Source: Macrostomum lignano
Lineage: Eukaryota
Length of the DNA stretch: 64,000 nucleotides
Assembly: GCA_002269645.1 (NCBI GenBank)
Contig: NIVC01000349.1
Coordinates: forward strand, 434,001 to 498,000
Reading direction: 5' to 3'
Shown piece by piece: positions 23,926-34,187 of this stretch. The notes below the pieces were generated by a model. The model had not been told where the DNA came from, searched no databases, and worked only from the letters and a program-made list of their open reading frames with translations. Numbering within the stretch: the first letter of the stretch is position 1; every line of letters starts with the position of its first letter. Both the position numbers and the translations under genes were made by a program.

Positions 23926-25165
23926 ATTCAGATTCTCTGGTGGACAGATTCTTTGGTGGACAGATTCTCTGGTGGACAGATTCTTTGGTGGACAGATTCT
24001 CTGGTGGACAGATTCTTTGGTGGACAGATTCTTTGGTGGACAGATTCTCTGGTGGACAGATTCTCTGGTGGACAGATTCTCTGGTGGACAGATTCTCCGG
24101 TGGACAGATTCTTTGGTGGACAGATTCTCTGGTGGACAGATTCTCTGGTGGACAGATTCTTTGGTGGACAGATTCTTTGGTGGACAGATTCTCTGGTGGA
24201 CAGATTCTTTGGTGGACAGATTCTTTGGTGGACAGATTCTCTGGTGGACAGATTCTTTGGTGGACAGATTCTCTGGTGGACAGATTCTCTGGTGGACAGA
24301 TTCTCTGGTGGACAGATTCTCTGGTGGACAGATTCTCTGGTGGACAGATTCTCTGGTGGACAGATTCTTTGGTGGACAGATTCTTTGGTGGACAGATTCT
24401 CTGGTGGACAGATTCTTTGGTGGACAGATTCTTTGGTGGACAGATTCTCTGGTGGACAGATTCTCTGGTGGACAGATTCTCTGGTGGACAGATTCTCTGG
24501 TGGACAGATTCTTTGGTGGACAGATTCTTTGGTGGACAGATTCTCTGGTGGACAGATTCTTTGGTGGACAGATTCTTTGGTGGACAGATTCTTTGGTGGA
24601 CAGATTCTCTGGTGGACAGATTCTTTGGTGGACAGATTCTCTGGTGGACAGATTCTCTGGTGGACAGATTCTTTGGTGGACAGATTCTCTGGTGGACAGA
24701 TTCTCTGGTGGACAGATTCTTTGGTGGACAGATTCTTTGGTGGACAGATTCTCTGGTGGACAGATTCTTTGGTGGACAGATTCTCTGGTGGACAGATTCT
24801 TTGGTGGACAGATTCTCTGGTGGACAGATTCTTTGGTGGACAGATTCTCTGGTGGACAGATTCTTTGGTGGACAGATTCTCTGGTGGACAGATTCTTTGG
24901 TGGACAGATTCTCTGGTGGACAGATTCTCTGGTGGACAGATTCTCTGGTGGACAGATTCTTTGGTGGACAGATTCTCTGGTGGACAGATTCTTTGGTGGA
25001 CAGATTCTTTGGTGGACAGATTCTCTGGTGGACAGATTCTTTGGTGGACAGATTCTCTGGTGGATAGATTCTTTGGTGGACAGATTCTTTGGTGGACAGA
25101 TTCTCTGGTGGACAGATTCTTTGGTGGACAGATTCTTTGGTGGACAGATTCTTTGGTGGATAGAA
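23926..25165. repeat. 16-bp minisatellite with two alternating variants (about 77 copies)
   Basis: Unit GGTGGACAGATTCT(C/T)T. Confidence 0.97.
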
Positions 25166-25364
25166 TTTTCTATTAAAACGTTTTTTACTGAAGGCAATTT
25201 TTTTTATATTTTTGTCTGAGATTTATTTGCCGTTTAGATGATTTTATAATGATGATTTTCCATTGCACTATTTTGTACTGGAGTGACTACTTTATGTGGC
25301 TGCAAATAAATATTTAATTGGATTTATAAACTTGCTGTTCGTGAACTTCTCCTATTTTTAGATT

Positions 25365-25735
25365 CCTATATAAACTGACACCTCAGATTCCATAAACTGG
25401 CACCTCAGATTTCCATAAACTGGCACCCCTGATTTCCATAAACTGGCACCCCAGATTTCCATAAACTGGCACCCCAGATTTCCATAAACTGGCACCCCAG
25501 ATTTCCATAAACTGGCACCTCAGATTTCCATAAACTGGCACCCCAGATTTCCATAAACTGGCACCCCAGATTTCCATAAACTGGCCATCCAGATTTCCAT
25601 AAACTGGCACCTCAGATTTCCATAAACTGGCACCCCAGATTTCCATAAACTGGCACCTCAGATTTCCATAAACTGGCACCCCAGATTTCCATAAACTAGC
25701 ACCCCAGATTCCATAAACTGGCAGTCCAAATCCAT
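25365..25735. repeat. 23-bp minisatellite upstream of the CK1 gene
   Basis: Unit TTCCATAAACTGGCACCCCAGAT. Confidence 0.94.
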
Positions 25736-25916
25736 AAATTTTCTCTAAGCTATAAACCTGTTCATGGCTCCAATATTCGTCTTTACCATATAGTTGACAT
25801 TGCACAAAAACTTGCACAATGCTTTCATGCTGCCCACTTGTCGCCAACTGCTTTGATGTGCATTTCTAATGTCAATTAATTGAATTTGTTTGTGTTGATA
25901 TCAGATTCATAGCTGA

Positions 25917-28664
25917 ATGGAGTACTACGTTGGCGGAGGCAGCGAGGGTGGCAGCAGTGGCTCTCGCTGGCGACTGATGAAGCAGATTGGTTCTGGCAGC
26001 TTTGGGGATATTTACCTGGGCGTCAACTGTGTCTCTGGGGAACCGGTGGCGGTGAAACTCGAACCCGTGACTGCCAGGCACCCCCAGTTGGAGGCGGAGT
26101 TCAAGCTGTACCAGCTGTTGAATAAAACTGGCACTGTTGGCTCTCCCGGAGTTGCCAAGGTGATGCATTTTGCCAAGGAGCTGCGACACAATGTGCTGGT
26201 GATGGAGCTGCTGGGACCGTCTCTTGAGGAGCTGTTTAACTTCTGCTCCCGTCGGTTCAGCGTGAAAACTGTGAGGAAATCCTAACTCGATAGAAATTCA
26301 GGAAAATCCCCGTTTTTCTGGGAATTCCCTGGTTTAAAAAATACTGGGAATTCCCTGATTCTATAAATACTGGGAATTCCTTGATTCTAACAATGCGGGG
26401 AATTCCCTGATTCTATAAATACTGGGAATTTCTTGATTCTAACAATGCGGGGAATTCTCTGATTCTATAAATACTGGTAATTCCTTGATTCTAACAACGC
26501 GAGGAATTCTCTGATTCTATAAATACTGGGAATTCCTTGATTCTAACAACGCGGGGAATTCCCTGATTATATAAATACTGAGAATTTCTTGATTCTAACA
26601 ATGCGGGGAATTCCCTGATTCTATAAATACTGGGAATTCCTTGATTCTAACAATGCGGGGAATTCTCTGATTATATAAATACTTGGAATTCCTTGATTCT
26701 AACAATGCGGGGAATTCTCTGATTATATAAATACTTGGAATTCCTTGATTCTAACAATGCGGGGAATTCTCTGATTATATAAATACTTGGAATTCCTTGA
26801 TTCTAACAACGCGGGGAATTCCCTGATTCTATAAATACTGGGAATCGCTTGATTCTAACAACGCGGGGAATTCCCTGATTCTATAAATACTGAGAATTCC
26901 TTGATTCTAACAACGCGGGGAATTCCCTGATTCTATAAATACTGGGAATTCCTTGATTCTAACAATGCGGGGAATTCTCTGATTATATAAATACTGGGAA
27001 TTCCTTGATTCTAACAATGCGGGGAATTCTCTGATTATATAAATACTTGGAATTCCTTGATTCTAACAATGCGGGGAATTCTCTGATTCTAACAATGCGG
27101 GAAATCCCCTAATTCTAACAATGCGGGAAATCCCCTAATTCTAACAATGCGGGAAATCCCCTAATTCTAACAATGCGGGAAATCCCCTAATTCTAACAAT
27201 GCGGGAAATCCCCTAATTCTAACAATGCGGGAAATCCCCTAATTCTAACAATGCGGGAAATCCCCTAATTCTAACAATGCGGGAAATCCCCTAATTCTAA
27301 CAATGCGGGAAATCCCCTAATTCTAACAATGCGGGAGTTACCTGATTCTAAAAATAACTGCTGAAAAATTCTAGAAACTCCACAGTTCCCTAGTTCCAAA
27401 CCTCAGGGGAAATCCGTGGCTTTATACGTACTAGCCAACTGAAAATACATAAAAATCTCAAATGCCTAAATTACTAATAGATATTGCTTCAGAAGTAGCT
27501 ACAGACAGAATACCTGCATCTCCACAGGTGCTGATGCTTGCCGATCAGATGCTGTCCCGTCTGGAATACCTGCATAGTCAGGGCTGGGTGCATCAGGATG
27601 TCAAGCCCGACAATTTCACTATGGGCCAAGGGGCAGCCATGCAGACTGTTTACCTGATTGACTTCGGCTTGTGCAAGCGGTACCTGGACTTTAAAGGCCG
27701 GCACATCCCCTATAGAGAGGACAGGTGCGCCTGGGGTCTGTCTAACTGATAGTGCGATTTAGTGTGTCTCGGTACATAAGTGAGAGACAGTTAAAATAAG
27801 TGGGAGAGACAGGTGAGACTGGAGAGTGAGACTGGGGAGTGAGACAGGTGAGACTGGGGAGTGAGACAGGTGAGACTGGGGAGTGAGACAGGTGAGACTG
27901 GGGAGTGAGACAGGTGAGATAAGTAAGAGAGACAGGTATGATTAGTGAGAGAGACAGGTGAGATAAGAGAGAGACAGGTGAGATTAGTGAGAGACAGGTG
28001 AGATTATTAGTGAGAAACAGGTGAGATAGGTGAGAGAGACAGGTGAGATTATTAGTGAGAAACAGGTGAGATAGGTGAGAGAGACAGGTGAGATAGGTAA
28101 GAGAGACAGGTGAGATAGGTGAGAGAGACAGGTGAGAGAGAGACGGGTGAGATTAGTGAGAGACAGGTGAGATTAGTGAGAGACAGGTGAGTTTGAACAC
28201 AGCCAAAGCCAGGAATCACAGCTCAATCCATCCCCCGCAGGCACCTGACTGGCACTGCCCGGTACGCCTCGGTGAACGCGCACCTGGGTCTTGAGCAGTC
28301 TCGTCGAGACGATCTGGAGAGCCTTGGCTACTGCCTGGCCTATTTCCTGAGCTCCCAGCTGCCCTGGCAGGGTCTCAAAGCCAATAATAAGCGTCAGAAA
28401 TACGAGCGGATTAGCGAATGCAAAATGCAGACCAGCGTTGAGTCCCTGTGCCAGGGCTTTCCCTGCTCGGAACTGGCTATGCTCATCAATTATTGTCGCA
28501 GTTTGCACTTTGACGAGGCTCCGGATTACGCTTATCTGCGCCAATTGTTGCGCATTGCCATGCGTCAGCTGGGCTACCAGTTTGATTGGGCCTTCGATTG
28601 GATTGTGTTGCGCAATCAGATCTGCTCACAGCCGCCTCAGCAGCCTGTGATGCAGCAGCAGTGA
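25917..28664 (+). CDS. CSNK1A1: Casein kinase 1 alpha-like Ser/Thr kinase, divergent, 3 exons, 324 aa
   Basis: Exons 25917-26270, 27528-27724 and 28241-28664 join in frame. Motifs: [80 protein letters not shown]. The symbol is the closest subfamily; this is probably a lineage-specific paralogue. Confidence 0.9.
26330..27350. repeat. 26-bp-monomer satellite (52-bp dimer, then monomer), CK1 intron 1
   Basis: GGGAATTCCTTGATTCTAACAATGCG alternates with GGGAATTCCCTGATTCTATAAATACT, then ATTCTAACAATGCGGGAAATCCCCTA repeats. Confidence 0.95.
27780..28200. repeat. Purine-rich approximately 20-bp minisatellite, CK1 intron 2
   Basis: Core GAGACAGGTGAGA. Confidence 0.92.
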
Positions 28665-28779
28665 ACTGCTCCCTGATGCTGGGGGATTTTGTAGTCAGCT
28701 CTCCGATATAATTGACCTATCTGTCTTGATTTTCTCATGCTGTTGTTTTGGATTATCGGTTCACATTCGGTATCTCCAT

Positions 28780-29345
28780 TCACCGATTCTTCCCCTGTTC
28801 ACTGATTCTTCCCCTGTTCACTGATTCTTCCCCTGGTCACCGATTCTTCCCCTGTTCACCGATTCTTCCCCCATTCACCAATTATTCCCCTGTTCACCGA
28901 TTCTTCCCCTGTTCACCGATTCTTCCCCTGGTCACCGATTCTTCCCCTGTTCACCGATTCTTCCCCTGTTCACCGATTCTTCCCCTGTTCACTGATTCTT
29001 CCCCTGTTCACTGATTCTTCCCCTGTTCACCGATTCTTCCCCTGTTCACCGATTCTTCCCCCATTCACAGATTCTTACCCCCCCATTCACAGATTCCTAC
29101 CCCCCTTCACAGATTCTTACCCCCATTCACAGATACTTACCCCCCATTCACAGATACTTACCCCCCATTTACAGATTCTTACCCCCCATTCACAGATTCC
29201 TACCCCCTTCACAGATTCTTACTCCCATTCACAGATTCTTACCCCCCATTCACAGATACTTACCCCCCATTCACAGATTCTTCCCCTCCCCCATTCACAG
29301 ATTCTTCCCCTGTTCACCAATTCTTCCCCCATTCACAAATTATTC
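28780..29345. repeat. 19-22 bp minisatellite downstream of CK1
   Basis: TTCTTCCCCTGTTCACCGA grading into TTCACAGATTCTTACCCCCCA. Confidence 0.92.
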
Positions 29346-30059
29346 TTCTCTGTTCACAGGTTCTTTCCCTCATTCAAAGGTACTTCCTAAGTTCACGGAA
29401 TATTTCCCTATTTTCCCTATTCAGGCATTTTCCCTTCAACCATTTTTTCTTAATTTACCAACTTTCACCATTCACAAATTTCTCAGTTTTTCTAACTATT
29501 CCAAATTATCCAATTCCAATGTTGATTTTTTCAGTTCCTAGTTGCGCGTCAAGAAAAAACGCTTTGTTTACTACTGTTATTCAGCGATTAGCAAATTGAG
29601 CCTATATTTAAGTACCTGACTTATTTTAGTAGATGTCTGACTTCAAGATTTATTGCTTCCATATATAATTTTATTGCGAATAGATATTTTTATTGATGGT
29701 TAACACCCGATTATGATCTTCCATATGCCGTTATTAAAATATGATACTACGAGTACTACGGCAGGTAGTTAAGATTGCGAATAATTTATTTTATGGAGAT
29801 AATTTTTATTGATATAAACTATTGATTAGTTTTTTATTGTTCATGTTGTACGAGTACCAAATATATTTTTATAGAATATAATCTTTAGCAAGACTATAAA
29901 GAGCAACTTCCTGGGTTAAAGCAATTCATATTTGCTCTGAAAATTTGCTATTTGCTGCTTTGTCAGCTCTGGTTTGTCTGCTTTGCTTGACTGAAGGTTG
30001 ACAAGACGGAGATTCGATCCCAAGACTTTAAGACTCGTCTGTCTATGCTTTGTTTATGT

Positions 30060-30105
30060 ATCTGTCTTCTATCTGTCTATCTGTCTATCTATCTATCTAT
30101 ACTAT

Positions 30106-30153
<48 letters not shown>

Positions 30154-30158
30154 ACTAT

Positions 30159-30190
<32 letters not shown>

Positions 30191-30250
30191 ACTATTTATC
30201 TATCTATCTATCTATCTATCTATCTGTCTATCTGTCTATCTATCTATCTG

Positions 30251-30299
<49 letters not shown>

Positions 30300-30304
30300 A
30301 CTAT

Positions 30305-30356
<52 letters not shown>

Positions 30357-30361
30357 ACTAT

Positions 30362-30396
<35 letters not shown>

Positions 30397-30458
30397 ACTA
30401 TCTATCTATCTATCTATCTGTCTATCTATCTATCTGTCTATCTATCTATCTATACTAT

Positions 30459-30511
<53 letters not shown>

Positions 30512-30512
30512 A
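30060..30512. repeat. (TCTA)n microsatellite
   Basis: Long TCTA tract upstream of the PP1-like gene. Confidence 0.97.
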
Positions 30513-30735
30513 GACACTGAGACATGCACATGTAGTTCATGAGCAATATTGGGTGTACTTAGCCATAGCAATCAGAGCGCATGCTACAGTCGTGTATTTC
30601 CCAGCCAGTTGGGCCACAGACTGCAAATAAAACTGAGCGCTCGATCGGTGCAAACGTATTTATCTCTCTGCTCAACAGCTGCAGCCAAGGCGTAAAGCTG
30701 TTTCATTAAGAACTTCTGAGTTCACTGATCCAACC

Positions 30736-31604
30736 ATGCCGATCACAGCTGAGATGAACCTCAACGAGCTCATCATCCGGCTGATGAGCTTCCCAGCCGA
30801 TGAGTACTCCAGCCACCCGAACCTGACCGCGGACGAGTGTCTGACAGTCTGCCAGCTGGCCATCAACTTCCTCAGCAGCGATACGGCCATCTGTCTTCGA
30901 GTACAATCTCCAGTGAACATTGTGGGCGACATTCACGGCCAGTTTCACGATCTGCTCAGGATTTTTGATCGGCTGGGCCAGCCGCCCAAGTCCAAGTACC
31001 TATTCCTCGGCGACTATATCGATCGGGGAAAATACTCACTGGAGGTGATCGTGCTGCTGCTGACTCTCATGCTGGTCTATCCAAACAGTGTCTACCTTCT
31101 GCGTGGCAACCACGAGGCTGCAAACGTCTGCTGTCGCTACGGTTTCAAGGACGAGGTGATGCAGCGGTTTGGAAACGAAACTGGCACCAGCGTGCTGATG
31201 GGCTTCCTGCGCTGCTTCCAGTGGCTGCCGCTGGCCGGCCTCATCAATCAGCAGATTTTCTGCTGTCACGGCGGCATATCGCCGACATTCGAGCTGGAGC
31301 CCTACCGCTCCAGCAAGCCGGTCTCCGCTATTACGTCGCTAAATTCAATGCGACGCCCATTTGAGCCGCCTCAGTTTGGCGCCGCCTGCGACCTGCTGTG
31401 GGCGGACCCGATGCCGTATCCGCAGTTCTGCCTGTTCAAAGCCGGAGACCAGCCCGCAAAGGTGCACTGGACACCCAGCAAGCGCGGCTGCTCGTACATG
31501 TTCTCGCTGGAGGCGCTGGAGTCGGCGCTGCACAGCTTCGGAGCTGGACTGCTTGTTCGGGGCCATCAGGTGGCGCAGGAAGGGTTCATGTCCCACCTTA
31601 ACAG

Positions 31605-31646
<42 letters not shown>

Positions 31647-31697
31647 CAGTCAGTCAGTCAGTCAGTCAGTTGGTTAGTTTGTTTGTCAGTTTGTTTA

Positions 31698-31783
<86 letters not shown>

Positions 31784-32366
31784 GGTCAGTCAGTCAGTCA
31801 GTTAGTCAGTCAGTCAGTCAGTCAGTCAGTCAGTCAGTCAGTCAGTTAGTCAGTCAGTCAGTCAGTCAGTCAGTTAGTTAGTTGCTCAGTCAGTTTGTTT
31901 GTTTGTTAGTTTGATAGTCAGTTTGTTAGTTTGTTAGTTTGGGTTTGGCCAGCCCCCAAGGCGCAGTGAAGTGTACATGCCTAACGATAAAGTTAGGGCC
32001 GCTGTACACTCCTGTGTGAGTGTGTGCCTGTGCGTATGACTGCGTACGTATCCGCGCGCTTGTGTGCCTGCCCAGGGGAGTCGGCGGAATGGGCAGCAAT
32101 GCCTCTCGCCGGTTGTGCGACAAGTCGCCTAAAGTGCGCCAGGGTGCACACAGCCATGGGAGATCATTATCAATACTTTTATGGCTTTTCCCAGACGCTG
32201 CATCACAGTGTTCAGCGCCCCCGGCTACAGCGGCACGCACACGAACGCAGGCGCGGTGCTGCAGATCGACAAGGACAAGATCAACATGCGCAAGCCCGGC
32301 AGCTTCTTCGTCCTGCGACCAGTTGAGAACAAACCAGTCACCGGCCTGTTCTGGGTCGGAGGCTGA
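30736..32366 (+). CDS. PPP-family Ser/Thr phosphatase, divergent PP1-like, 2 exons, 346 aa
   Basis: Exons 30736-31604 and 32195-32366 join in frame. Motifs: GDIHGQ, GDYIDRG, LRGNHE, CCHGG, DLLWADP, VRGHQV, ITVFSAPGY. Confidence 0.92.
31605..31940. repeat. Compound (GTTA)n/(GTCA)n microsatellite starting at the PP1-like splice donor
   Basis: The donor GT is itself the first GTTA unit. Confidence 0.95.
31948..32123 (+). other. Dispersed structured repeat, copy 2, in the intron of the PP1-like gene
   Basis: Homologous to 20331-20488, with an approximately 30-nt insertion. Confidence 0.6.
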
Positions 32367-32892
32367 GCATTGATGAAGCCAGTGCGTCAAATAACAGTTA
32401 TTTTTCAAATCGCCTGTTTTGGTGAATATCCTTGATTTTTTGTTTCAAGCATCTCCGTCTTTGCAGCATGTTTAAATTGCTTCATTAAATAAATATTTTC
32501 GTTGGCATTCAATTCGATTGCATGCTCGTATAATAGTCTTGGTCGACAAAGAATCTTGGCGCAGACAGGAGCGTGGCTCTGAGTTGGGGTACCGGAATCG
32601 ATGGCATCAAAGCTACAACAAGAGGGCTCCAAAGCTACCCAAGTGGCAGGAGCGGAGGGGATAGGAAGAAGAGAAGCAAAGACGTAACGGTCAGCGGGAG
32701 ACGGGAGGACGGCGCGCACGCCACTAAATACAAGTCAGCACAAAATGGGGTGGAGTTAAAGTTGCAGGGTAAGAGAAACGGCGGGATGTAGCTGAGGGAG
32801 AGAGGGGATTGGTTGTATAAGCCACGCTGACACCCAATGGGGTTAGAAAACTAGGGGTGACAGATGACAGGGGAGAGACAGCCAATGAGAGG

Positions 32893-32963
<71 letters not shown>

Positions 32964-32994
32964 CTAACGTACAGTACATGCCAATACATGGGAT

Positions 32995-33480
32995 CACAAC
33001 AGGATTATTGCACTAGATAAGACATAAATTATTGCACTAGATAAGACATGAATTATTGCACTAGATAAGACATGGATTATTGCACTAGATAAGACATGGA
33101 TTATTGCACTAGATAAGACATAAATTATTGCACTAGATAAGACATGAATTATTGCACTAGATAAGACATGGATTATTGCACTAGATAAGACATGGATTAT
33201 TGCACTAGATAAGACATGGATTATTGCACTAGATAAGACATGGATTATTGCATTAGATAAGACTTTGATTATTGCACTAGCTGAGACATGCATTGCATTA
33301 TTGCACTAGATAAGACATGGATTATTGCACTAGCTGAGACATGGATTATAGCACTAGCTGAGACATGAATTATTGCAATAGCTGAGACATGCATTGCATT
33401 ATTGCACTAGATAAGACATGGATTATTGCACTAGCTGAGAGATGGATTATTGCACTAGATAAGGAAATTGTTGCACTAGC
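32995..33480. repeat. 24-bp minisatellite
   Basis: Unit GGATTATTGCACTAGATAAGACAT; preceded by (GA)n at about 32898-32958. Confidence 0.94.
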
Positions 33481-34159
33481 TACATGCTAATCTAGGCGGT
33501 GCTTGCTTTTTGAGGGCTGCTTGCTAGGGGAATTGCTGAGATGTCAAGACTTACAGGGGGGTTTGAGATATCAACGCTTGTGGAGAATTGCTGAGATGGC
33601 AAGGCAAATAGGATTCACGTGAATAGTTTTCGTCCCTTGCTTTTTGGGTAATTCGGACAGGACAAGCTATTTATACAAGTGGCTACTCAACCAGAAAATA
33701 ACTGTTGAAAACTACATGTAGGAGTATCTATACTCGCATGTCCGTCTGTTATCTGTCTGTCATATCATTCAATTTTGTTTTAATTCTCTGGTTTTAAACA
33801 AGTGGCCAAGTGTAAAACATCCTTCTAGTTTTTGTTAACAATGAATGCCGACTTTGTTAAAATGAATTGTTGTGTTTTTAGACAATTTCAACTGAAAAAA
33901 GATACAAGCAAAAAAGAATATATTCAAGCAGAAAAATGCTGAAAATAAAACAAATCATCAAAACTTCGTAGGCATTGAAGTCTTCGAATAGACAGACTAA
34001 AAAGTCAAACACAGATTTCTTTTGTATGCATCTCTGCTATCGAAGGCTTGCTAAATTTTTTCAAAGGCAAGCTTTCAAACAAATGAAATGGTTCTGAGAT
34101 TGGTGACCGTTTTAAATGTTTAAACATTGGTCACCAGCAAAAGTTTGAGTGGCTTCACA

Positions 34160-34173
34160 GTTGCCATAGAAAC
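34160..34173. promoter_or_regulatory. RFX X-box-like motif downstream of the ENaC-A stop
   Basis: GTTGCCATAGAAAC (reverse complement GTTTCTATGGCAAC), at the position homologous to 54163-54176. Confidence 0.4.
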
Positions 34174-34187
34174 GGACAATTTTTGCT

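Noticed and set aside
23896-25219. Long ORFs of 380-430 aa (WWTDSLVDRFSGGQIL / STRESVHQRICPPENL repeats)
   Set aside because: They arise from a stop-free 16-bp satellite and are open in several frames on both strands, with no unique coding flanks or splice signals.
31948-32123. Pistol (GTTAGGGCC) or HDV-like (GGCGGAATGGG) ribozyme in the structured repeat
   Set aside because: The required P1 and pseudoknot partners (pistol) and the nested double pseudoknot order (HDV) could not be built, and there is no hammerhead CTGANGA/GAAA core on either strand.
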